DNA from: Candidatus Poribacteria bacterium
Lineage (GTDB): Bacteria > Poribacteria > WGA-4E > PCPOR2b
Reading direction: 5' to 3'
Length of the DNA stretch: 64,000 bases
NCBI GenBank assembly: GCA_965218095.1
Contig: OZ244587.1
Coordinates: 3,584,001 to 3,648,000, forward strand
This document shows, in pieces, positions 11,558 to 20,278 of the stretch (its first letter is position 1; each line of letters begins with the position of its first letter). Both the position numbers and the translations under genes were made by a program. Below the pieces are notes generated by a model, which saw only the letters and a program-made list of their open reading frames with translations, did no database searches and was not told the origin of the DNA.

Positions 11558-13537
11558 ATGAACAAACATTTATCGAATCTACAGAACGTACTTGGCCCCG
11601 ACGGATTGATTGCGAAGCATCTCAACGGTTATGAGTTTCGCCCTCAACAACTTAAAATGGCTGAAGCGGTTGCCAGCGCCCTGTGGTCAAACGAGCACCT
11701 AGTTGTTGAAGCTGGCACAGGCGTGGGCAAGACTTTCGCCTACCTTCTACCCGCAATCGATCTCGCCCTTGATACCCAGGAACCGGTTGTGATTTCGACC
11801 AATACGATCAATCTGCAAGAACAATTGATTCACAAGGATATTCCTTTTTTCCAGGAAATCCTCCCAAAGTCTTTCACCGCGGCTCTCGCCAAAGGACGCG
11901 GGAACTATCTTTCACGCCGCCGGCTTAACAGCTTGTTGACTTATGAGCGTGGGCTGTTTGAAACAAAGGCGGAGGTGGAAGAACTCGCTCGCGTTGCGGA
12001 GTGGGTTAACATGACTCAAGACGGCAGTAAGGCAGACCTCGAACAGCAGCCGATGCCTGAAATTTGGAGTAAGGTTGCTTCAGATACGGATAATTGTTTG
12101 CGGCACAAATGCCCAACGTATAATACATGCTTTTACTTCAAAGCGCGTGCTCAGGTGAATGAGGCAGACCTAATCGTGGTGAACCATCATCTGCTTCTTA
12201 TGGATTGGGTGCTTCGGAGAAACAATCCATACGCTGCCATATTGCCGGAATATAAATACCTAATCCTTGATGAAGCCCAGCACCTCGAAGCAGCCGCTAC
12301 AGAACACACAAGTATTGAATTCAGCAACGCACGGGTCAAGTGGTTTTTAGATTCCCTCTGTAACCCGCAGGGAAAGGGAGGGCTCTTTATCCGCTTTCGA
12401 GCAGAACCTTCGATTCGGCTGGTTGAAGAAGCTCGCCATCAGGCGAATTTACTTTTTACGTCGATCACGAGTTGGTTAGAGAAGGTAGGCGCAAAGGATT
12501 GGGGACGTGGTATCACACAAAGCGTCGATCGGGACAATTTTGTGCGTAATGTGTTGGATGCCCCTTTAGGTGAACTTCAGAGTTGGTTAAAACGCATGAA
12601 AGATGCTGCAACAACCGATGATGATCGGCAGGAAATCAATGCACATCTGCGCCGCTGCCGTGAGCTCCGTAACGATCTGGATATGATGCTCCGGCACACC
12701 AGACCGGATTACGTCTACTGGATTGGAACTTCAACACGCGGACGATTAACTCGCATCGTATTGAATGCGACCCCTATCAACGTGAGTCAAGAGTTGGGGG
12801 TGCACCTGTTTGAAAAAGCGGACAGCGTGATCATGACCAGCGCGACGTTGGCAACAAACCAGGATTTCAACTATTTTAAGCGGCAGGTTGGTTTATCGGG
12901 TTGCCATGAATTGATCGCTGGATCGCCTTTTAACTATCCTGAGCAGGTCGAAATTCATATCCCCTCTCGAATGCCGGATCCGCGGGATAACGCCTTCACC
13001 CAATCCGTCATCACCCAGATCAAAAACTATCTCAAGATGACACACGGCAAAGCCTTCGTCCTGTTTACAAGCTACCGGATGATGAACGAGGTTTATGAGG
13101 AAGTTCAGCCTTACCTTGAGCGGATTGGAATCACCGCGTTCAAGCAAGGGGAGGGGCTGTCGCGCAGTGCCATGTTGAGCGCGTTCAGGCAGGACACGAA
13201 CTCGGTTCTGTTTGGAACTTCCAGCTTTTGGGAGGGGGTTGATGTGCGGGGTGAATCACTCAGCAACGTGATTATTACAAGGTTGCCTTTTGAAGTGCCA
13301 ACGCACCCGGTTGTAGAGGCGAGGATGAAGCAAATCGAAGATCGGGGTGGGAATCCGTTCATGGAGTTTAGCTTGCCAGAGGCGGTTCTCCGGTTCAAGC
13401 AAGGATTTGGACGCTTAATCCGCACGCAAACCGACAAGGGGGTTGTTGTGATCCTCGATGGGCGCGTTAAGACCAAGTTCTATGGCAAGCAATTTTTGAA
13501 TTCACTACCGCAGTGCAAAATCGTAGATGGTGCGTGA
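11558..13537 (+). CDS. dinG: DinG/YoaA-family ATP-dependent helicase
   Basis: EAGTGVGKT, DEAQH, TSATL, FWEGVD, KQGFGRLIR; Cys cluster. Confidence 0.9.
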   Translation: MNKHLSNLQNVLGPDGLIAKHLNGYEFRPQQLKMAEAVASALWSNEHLVVEAGTGVGKTFAYLLPAIDLALDTQEPVVISTNTINLQEQLIHKDIPFFQEILPKSFTAALAKGRGNYLSRRRLNSLLTYERGLFETKAEVEELARVAEWVNMTQDGSKADLEQQPMPEIWSKVASDTDNCLRHKCPTYNTCFYFKARAQVNEADLIVVNHHLLLMDWVLRRNNPYAAILPEYKYLILDEAQHLEAAATEHTSIEFSNARVKWFLDSLCNPQGKGGLFIRFRAEPSIRLVEEARHQANLLFTSITSWLEKVGAKDWGRGITQSVDRDNFVRNVLDAPLGELQSWLKRMKDAATTDDDRQEINAHLRRCRELRNDLDMMLRHTRPDYVYWIGTSTRGRLTRIVLNATPINVSQELGVHLFEKADSVIMTSATLATNQDFNYFKRQVGLSGCHELIAGSPFNYPEQVEIHIPSRMPDPRDNAFTQSVITQIKNYLKMTHGKAFVLFTSYRMMNEVYEEVQPYLERIGITAFKQGEGLSRSAMLSAFRQDTNSVLFGTSSFWEGVDVRGESLSNVIITRLPFEVPTHPVVEARMKQIEDRGGNPFMEFSLPEAVLRFKQGFGRLIRTQTDKGVVVILDGRVKTKFYGKQFLNSLPQCKIVDGA

Positions 13538-13645
13538 TACGTCATACACAGATCTTTCAGGGGTTACGTATTACGTATCACGCTTTGAGCATTGTTGCTC
13601 TAGTTTCGGCTAGTGGTCGATTTCTTAACTTCGACTCGGGTAGCA

Positions 13646-13678
13646 AGACTTCCGAAGTTTTGGAAACTTCGGAAGTCT
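13646..13678. repeat. Perfect REP-like palindrome between convergent genes
   Basis: agacttccgaagttt-tgg-aaacttcggaagtct, 15-bp perfect arms. Confidence 0.85.
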
Positions 13679-13701
13679 GGGCGACTCCCATTCAACTATA
13701 T

Positions 13702-14478
13702 TTAATGTCGTTTCGGTGAAGGTTGCGCATTCCGAATACCGAGCGTGTGCTTGAAAGGAAACTTGAACGTTAATCTTTTGTAACGGGCGGCGGTATTCAG
13801 CGGCGGCGCGAGCTCTACTGGGATGATAACGTCCAATGTTTCGGCGTTGCCCTTCACCCGAGCGAATGGAACAAATCCCTCGCGGCTCTCCCCCGGTAGT
13901 ATTCCTTTTTCCACGTGCCCAATCTGCTTCTCTAGCAAAATTTCCCTTGCTTTTGCGAGTCCGTTTTTGACGTACAATCCTCTGGCACGGGACATGTAAA
14001 GCAGACGATTTTCTAAATCTTTATAATCTTTTGCCCCGTAACGATTATCCCCCTGATCGATAATCTCAGCCGGTGTTTGTGGGGTTCCCTTCACCCTGTA
14101 GATCACCGGTGTATCGGCATTATTCGTGATTTTAACATAAAATACGTCTGTTTTTTCGCCCTGGTGTAGTCCTTCCGTTTCATAGAAAGGAGAATATGCA
14201 TTTCCACGATTATATTTGTAATCGAGATCTGCACGGCGCCAGTAGCAGATCGAAACAGTAACGTCATTCTGGGTCATAGAAAGTATCGGCTGCTTGGCTG
14301 TAACTTTAAACTGCCGGGGGTTACTGTCATCAAGAACCATCTTTTCCGGTAACGTGTCAGGAGGTTGAACCGGTGAGAGGCTTCTGATTGATTTCCCCGT
14401 TGCACAGCCAGCAACCAACAGGATTAGTACAAACAACCCAGCGATGTTTACCCATGAGAATTTCTTTAATGTCTTCAT
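13702..14478 (-). CDS. Hypothetical lipoprotein
   Basis: Signal peptide with lipobox LVAGC; GGAGG RBS. Confidence 0.75.
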   Translation of the reverse strand: MKTLKKFSWVNIAGLFVLILLVAGCATGKSIRSLSPVQPPDTLPEKMVLDDSNPRQFKVTAKQPILSMTQNDVTVSICYWRRADLDYKYNRGNAYSPFYETEGLHQGEKTDVFYVKITNNADTPVIYRVKGTPQTPAEIIDQGDNRYGAKDYKDLENRLLYMSRARGLYVKNGLAKAREILLEKQIGHVEKGILPGESREGFVPFARVKGNAETLDVIIPVELAPPLNTAARYKRLTFKFPFKHTLGIRNAQPSPKRH

Positions 14479-14551
14479 GATAAATTCTGCCTCCTTGTTT
14501 TCCCACCACCGAGGATAGGAATTCTTAGTATTATTATGTAACTTGACAATG

Positions 14552-14692
14552 TTAAGTAATTTTCAAAAACAACCTATTATCTTCTGCCATCTTGACGGAG
14601 GCTAAACGACCGAAAAATCTCTGACCGTGGGTCGTTGATGAGATTCTTCGCAAAGCCTCAGAATGACAAGTTTAATCCTGAAAATTACTTAA
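14552..14692. mobile_element. MITE-like element with internal REP-like palindrome
   Basis: Perfect 14-bp terminal inverted repeat ttaagtaattttca / tgaaaattacttaa around an imperfect inner palindrome ending gagattcttcg...cagaatgaca. Confidence 0.6.
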
Positions 14693-15042
14693 ATATGAAC
14701 CGGATTCCGTCGCGCCCAATGGTTCAGGAACAGAAGGGATCGAAAGAACCAGAAGAATCTAACATTGCCGAGGTCACGTCATTAGTTTTCTTAGTATAGC
14801 ACACCTCCATTTTTAATTCAAACACAAAATTAACCCGGCAGCCGGATGAACTTTGTGGTGGGTAAAACTTGTTTTGCGAAAATGCCTTGCGAAACACGTT
14901 CTGCACACTAAAAATGGACTGCATCTTTACCGTCTACAACCCTTACAACCATTACATCAAAGCCTTATAGGAAAACCAATCTTTCAAAGATTCCTCTCGT
15001 ACATTGCGGCGTGAGTTGTTGACCTTTGTTTGCTGTTGTGTA

Positions 15043-15867
15043 CTAGGTTAGCTTTTGCATTGTCTTCTCATAACGCTTCTCCATCTCCGGCCCCTGATAT
15101 TGCAAGTATTCCTGCTCGGCGTGACGTGCTGCCTTTTGCGAGGGAGGTTCGGGGATGTCAATGACGGCGGTGGTGATCTGGTCGTTGCCCCACTTGTAAG
15201 CGACGATTTCTCCCTTGCTGATGATGAGGTTCATACCGACATTTGCCTCGACAATCGCCACACCATTTTCCCGGGCCCGCGCAAGTACGGCCCCGTTCTG
15301 GCCCTTGCGCTTAGAACCGTAGGATGGAATGAGAATTAAGCGTGCCCCATCCAGCACAAGCGTGCGAGTAATCAACGGATTCCAGCGATCGTTGCAGATG
15401 ACAGCGCCGGTACGACCCACTGGGGTATCAAAAGCGCGTAACGTTTCGCCAATGCGGTTAAAGTTCCAGGATGGATGGGCACCTTCAGCGAGTTGGGTCT
15501 TGTGATATTTGCCACAGATCTCGCCGTTGTGGTCGATAAACACAGCACAGTTGTAAGTCTCGTCCGCGATACGCTCGGCAAAGCCAAAACAGAGACAAGT
15601 CCCCAGTGTCCTGGCAAGGTGCTGGAAGCGTCGGATGTAGAGGCCATCAATCGGTTCGGCGATTTCGAGCATATCCTCTGCCGTTGCCCGATTTTCGATG
15701 ACATCCATGACAACGTAGCCTTCCAGCACGCCTTCCGTGGTTAGAATGACCTGCGGCCGCTCTTTGGCAGCCGCAACAAAGAATGCCTCCATCTTGTCGG
15801 CATTTGCGGCTTTATCCCACTTCGTCGGTTTGAGCGAAACGGCTGCGACCTTGACTGAGTTGTACAT
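15043..15867 (-). CDS. Carbon-nitrogen hydrolase (nitrilase superfamily)
   Basis: E-K-C triad: TTEG, YHKTQL, ICNDRW. Confidence 0.9.
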   Translation of the reverse strand: MYNSVKVAAVSLKPTKWDKAANADKMEAFFVAAAKERPQVILTTEGVLEGYVVMDVIENRATAEDMLEIAEPIDGLYIRRFQHLARTLGTCLCFGFAERIADETYNCAVFIDHNGEICGKYHKTQLAEGAHPSWNFNRIGETLRAFDTPVGRTGAVICNDRWNPLITRTLVLDGARLILIPSYGSKRKGQNGAVLARARENGVAIVEANVGMNLIISKGEIVAYKWGNDQITTAVIDIPEPPSQKAARHAEQEYLQYQGPEMEKRYEKTMQKLT

Positions 15868-15963
15868 GATTCACCTCATTTCCAAAAAATACACCCTTCG
15901 ATTGGATTCAGGTTAAGCGGATTGTTTCCCGATTGACAATTTCCTTGCTTTCCGTATGATTGT

Positions 15964-16914
15964 CTACTGAAAGGGCCATGTGCCCGGGTTGAGTTGGTCC
16001 GGACTTACCCCAATCTCCCGAATGCAACTCAGGAGGGTTGGGGGAAGCGTCTCTCGCTTTGCAAACGACAGGACTTCTTCCAATTCATGCAGCCGACCGG
16101 TTCCCACCAGTGCTGTAGAAACAGCAGGGTGGGCGAGCACGAAGCGGTAAGCCAATTCCGGCAACCTGTTGCCTTCTGAACTCAGCAGCGTGTTCAATTG
16201 TTGGACAGCCTCCCTCAGTTCACGGAGCTCTTCGGGAAGATGTGCATAACGATAGGTCAACGCACCTTTCAGCAGAACGGATCGGATAACAACCCCCACA
16301 TCTTTTTCTCGCGCAAGCGGTAGTACGCGTGCTTCAAACTGGCGGTCTAACAGATTGCAGGCGATTTGCAGGAAGTCGAAGCGGTCATCTTCCAACGCAG
16401 CTAGTGGCGCCGCTCTGCCATAGGTTGTCGCGCCAATAAAACGGGCTTGACCGGATCGTTGCGCGTCTTGCATGATTTCCATTACCTCGCCCTGCCGAAT
16501 GAGCTCAGGAGAGGCGTTGTGGATGTAGAGGAGGTCAATGACCTCTGTCTGTAGCGCCTGCAGGCTTTCGGTAATCGACGCTTCGACCTGCTGCCGGAGT
16601 TCCTCACCGGTATACCCATCCCAACTTAAATGAGGAACTTTCGTCGCAAGGATGTATTCGTCCCGACGTGATTTCAGCACCCGCCCAATAACGGCTTCAC
16701 TCTCTCCATAAGCCCGCGCTGTATCGATCAGATTAACGCCCCGATCGAGCGCGCCGTGAAGCACATAGGCAGCTTCTGCCTCGGACGGACGCCGTTTCTC
16801 CCCTTTCACAGGAATACCATAGTCAATTCCAATCTCTACCGTGCCAAGCGAAACCTCCGACACTTGCAGATTGGTCCGGCCCAGACGCCGATAGTTCATG
16901 GAGTCAGTTGTCAT
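15964..16914 (-). CDS. Aldo/keto reductase
   Basis: YRRLGRTNLQVSEVSLG, IDTARAYG.SE, LATK, DLLYIH; start set at ATG 16914. Confidence 0.9.
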   Translation of the reverse strand: MTTDSMNYRRLGRTNLQVSEVSLGTVEIGIDYGIPVKGEKRRPSEAEAAYVLHGALDRGVNLIDTARAYGESEAVIGRVLKSRRDEYILATKVPHLSWDGYTGEELRQQVEASITESLQALQTEVIDLLYIHNASPELIRQGEVMEIMQDAQRSGQARFIGATTYGRAAPLAALEDDRFDFLQIACNLLDRQFEARVLPLAREKDVGVVIRSVLLKGALTYRYAHLPEELRELREAVQQLNTLLSSEGNRLPELAYRFVLAHPAVSTALVGTGRLHELEEVLSFAKRETLPPTLLSCIREIGVSPDQLNPGTWPFQ

Positions 16915-16949
16915 TTCTCGATGCCTTCCCCCGCGAACAAAGTTGGGGC

Positions 16950-17301
16950 AATCAGCCAAACTGAAGCCCCGATTGTTGCTGCCGCCGGGGCGCGAGTCAG
17001 CGTTTTCTGCTTCTCCTTCCTACCGCACCTGCTCCTAGAGTTCCTTTTTGTCGCCATCTGTTGGCTTGAGCAGCATTTCCTGATTTCCGGCTTGCCCTTG
17101 AATGTAGTATCCATACTCTGCATACGAACCATCGTCCCACATCAGATTTGTCGTTGCCCACGCTCCATCGTCCCCGCTCTCCAGTACCTGCACCGGTGTC
17201 GCCGCTGCCTGCATCGGAACTGAACACGAGCCGACTCCCCGAACTAGAGATCCCGTCGAGCCGGACTGAACCATGTATCCGCTTGATTTGTGGGATTTCA
17301 A
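16950..17301 (-). pseudogene. Degraded fragment of unknown protein
   Basis: Protein-like frame ...LMWDDGSYAEYGYYIQ...KKEL*EQVR*EGE with two in-frame TAGs; no clear start. Confidence 0.35.
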
Positions 17302-18137
17302 CGAAAATCACTTTATTCCCTCGGATACGCAATTGCTGCAGATGGATATATCGCCACCTTGGGCTTCTGGTCACGATATATCTGCTTCAAGAAATCAAGA
17401 ATTTCATCCCACGATTCCATCAATTTGGCTCTGGGTTGAGCCTCTAAGACTTCCATCGGCCCGACAGCTTGAGAGAAGAGAATAGTGCGCCCATGCGTAT
17501 CAAGATGCGATGTCGGCTAGATTCCGACTCGGTGAACTTACCGCCGCATACCTAACTCTAACTGCGCTGCTGGAAACGGCAGGGTTGGAAGCAAGAGGAA
17601 AGGGCAAATGACTCAAAGGGAATGTAGACCCTTCAGGCTGTCATGTCAGGTAAGAGCAATATGACGAAAGCGAAAGTTGAACTGATAGTTGAAGCCTCGT
17701 AAACTCTGAACAGGTTAATCTACAAGTAGAAGGCTTGAGAGACCTTCCAATAATCAGCCTGTAGCTAATAAAGCGTGAGCCAAGATACTCTATTCTGCTA
17801 TTAGAGTATTGAAGGGCAATATATTTATTCTTTATATTGTCTTGTAAGTCGGAAGGCTTCGGGGTAAAGTCAGCGTCTAAGTTGCTCATGAAACGCACCT
17901 TGAGAGAGTGTGGGAGTCCCTAAACCGTCTGAAATGAGAGGTTTTCAGACGGCAAGGGAGAGGAGACTGTATAAGGTCTCAAATAGAGGGTGCATATCCT
18001 TCTTTTAATCTGGCAGACCGAATAACCCCATTATTCAACTTGCCACAAGAAAGGAGGTGCAAATTCCATCTCACCGAAAGGAGGAAGTGCCATGCAATTT
18101 ATTTGCATGTTATCACCCGCAAAGGAGGTGAATGCTA

Positions 18138-18263
18138 ATGATAATCCCCTGGTCTGACTACCAGGAATATCTTGCCTATATCTGCTTTAAGCGCGCTATG
18201 GGTAGAAAGTTCGATACTTTCGAGGAATATCACGCTAAGAGACAGAAAGAGCAGATAAGATAG
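18138..18263 (+). CDS. 41-aa small protein inside intron domain IV
   Basis: Perfect AAAGGAGGTGA RBS then ATG: MIIPWSDYQEYLAYICFKRAMGRKFDTFEEYHAKRQKEQIR. Confidence 0.55.
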   Translation: MIIPWSDYQEYLAYICFKRAMGRKFDTFEEYHAKRQKEQIR

Positions 18264-18573
18264 CCTCTCATCTATATGCCATTTTACACTTGGCTCTATT
18301 TGGAAGTCAAGTGTAAAGTGGCATAGAGACTTAAGCACAGTCAGGTTTATCGCTAAGAAATCGACGTAAAATCCATTAAGGGTGTCTGGCGCAAATCGTG
18401 TTCAATCACGGCGTTCAGCCCCCAACGTTGGACAGCGAAGAAAGTAATAGTGGTTGCAAGTGATTAAAGATTCAGATGCAGTAAATTGGGGTGGCGTACG
18501 GTCAAGGCAACCTAAAGCCGACACACCATAACCTCCGATTGACTGACCATGAATCTATAAGTATTGGTTTTAG

Positions 18574-18777
18574 TCAAGGCTTGGTAAAACTTTTCATAAC
18601 CCAAAGTACCGAACCTGCAAGGATAAAGCCGATAAAAATGCCGAAGGAAACGATAACCAGAAAATCCCTTAATGGTTTTTCTGAATTTCCGGCAACAACA
18701 ATCCCTAAGAAGACAGTAATGAAGGCGAAAGTCACAAATACTGCCCTAAATACTCCTTCCTGAACGGGAGAGTTCAA
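18574..18777 (-). CDS. 67-aa two-TM membrane peptide inside intron domain IV
   Basis: Two long hydrophobic stretches; AAAGGA RBS before TTG start. Confidence 0.55.
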   Translation of the reverse strand: MNSPVQEGVFRAVFVTFAFITVFLGIVVAGNSEKPLRDFLVIVSFGIFIGFILAGSVLWVMKSFTKP

Positions 18778-20124
18778 GAAATCACATCCTTTTTGATCGT
18801 AGTACGATTATCTAGGGGGGAAGGTTTCACTTACAATCACTGATAAACTGGAAAGCCGTGTGCGGTGAAAGTCGCACGCACGGTTTGGAAGGGGGGAAAG
18901 ACTTGCGAAAGTCCTACCTATCCTTACTAATCCCAATCCGTTGATCTGACCAGCGGCTTCCTTTCCTCGTGTTCTCGGTTTTCCTCCTCGCGACGCTGCT
19001 TGGTGTGGATAATCCCGAACCGATGGTAGCACACGCCCTCATCCCCAGAAGAAATCAGGACGCGTGTCGCTTCGGGTTGGGAGTGCCGAAGTGGCCAGGT
19101 GCCGATGGCGCCGTAGCTGAGGTCATGATCACGAGGATAGCCAGTAGAAATGACAATATCCGCATCCGGCATCGGTTCAATCGCATAAGCATCTCTGGCG
19201 ATTTCAGACGCGGCACGATGGGCATCCACAACATCACCAACGGAAAGCTCAGTAATCTGCCGCCTGTCGTTGAGGGTGGTCAGCACGGTCGCATTCAACC
19301 CTAACATTCGGGCGGCCTCTTCGGAGTTGAGCCGGAATTCATTCTCGACATTCCCTACATTCCCGCCACCCTCTAATATACCGTGCGCGGCGCTGATGGT
19401 CGTAAAACTCGCCACGCCGGGGATGATAATCTTCCCACCGCCGCTGAAAGCTGCGGTGCCGTGCGGCCATGCCCCGCCGATACCAATTTTTAACTCACAA
19501 TCTACTACCCATTGGTTGACATGAACTGGAATCCCACGCAAGGTTTTCCCCAGACAGACAAATGAATCATCCAACTCGTTTTGTTTGACGCGAATACGAC
19601 GTACCGTGTCCTCGCCGAGCTTCTTCACGAGATCAGCATGTCGCATCTGTCTGTGGCAGCCGAAGCCCATGAAGATTAAGATGTTCTCTTCGGGGATACC
19701 TCCTTCCTGGAGTTCCTCTAAGATGAAGGAGATGACTTCCGAGGCGGGGATAGGACGGGTTAAGTCGTCGCAAATGATGACGGCGCTTTTTTTCCCCTGC
19801 GCCATCTCCGCGATTCGCGGCGAACCAATTGGCTGTTGAAACGCCTGTCGCATCTGATTTTCGGTCAACACCGGACGGTCTTCAAACGCGATGAGATTGA
19901 GCTCCCAATCATCGGGAAAAGTCAAATTAACTTCTTTGTCGCCATACTAGGCGGCTGTCAAAACTTGAACGGATTGCATTCGTATCTCCTATTTGGAATT
20001 AATAAATCTGTAAACGAAACTTCTCTCCTCCTTATATATTGCCTCTGTTGATGTTCCAACAATTCGCATTGCACCAGATTTGACAGTCAAAGGGATTTTC
20101 CGCTATGGCTTCCAGATCTAAAGG

Positions 20125-20212
20125 TTACTAAAGGATCTGATCCCCCGATCCTTCGGGATCTCGCTTCGCTAGAGACTTGCGAAGGTTTGAAACCTTCGCA
20201 AGGTTTTAGTAG
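20125..20212. repeat. Composite palindromic element
   Basis: Short IR gttactaaa/tttagtagc enclosing a cccgatccttcggg hairpin and cttgcgaaggtttgaaaccttcgcaag. Confidence 0.55.
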
Positions 20213-20278
20213 CAGATTGATCGACAATTGGTATGAGATGCCTTCCCTTCACGCATCACGTCTCACGCTTCACTCCCC

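Larger units (their letters stand above)
17485..18927 (+). mobile_element. Group II intron (IIB-like), no RT/maturase ORF, antisense to host gene
   Basis: 5' GTGCG; domain V gaaagccgtgtgcggtgaaagtcgcacgcacggtttgg at about 18850-18888; domain VI ending cctacctatccttAC; EBS1-like loop tattct (17826-17831) complementary to the flanking agaata. Confidence 0.9.
17313..19979 (-). pseudogene. LarA (nickel-pincer lactate racemase) family gene, interrupted by a group II intron and a nonsense codon
   Basis: AGGAG RBS + ATG 19979 MQSVQVLTAA*YGD (TAG at 19948). Motifs DDLTRP, GCHR, SGGGKIIIPG. The 3' part 17484-17313 (ILFSQ...KVAIYPSAAIAYPRE*) joins in frame when 17485-18927 is removed. Confidence 0.88.

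Noticed and set aside
17641-17898. 85-aa minus-strand ORF
   Set aside because: Lies over intron domain I stems, has no RBS and no protein-like features.
18000-18845. Reverse transcriptase or HNH remnant in the intron
   Set aside because: No YADD or RT block motifs found in the frames examined; HHNLRL in ORF 18491-18763 is too weak to call.
18808-19032. 74-aa minus-strand ORF
   Set aside because: Merely the antisense reading of intron domains V and VI.
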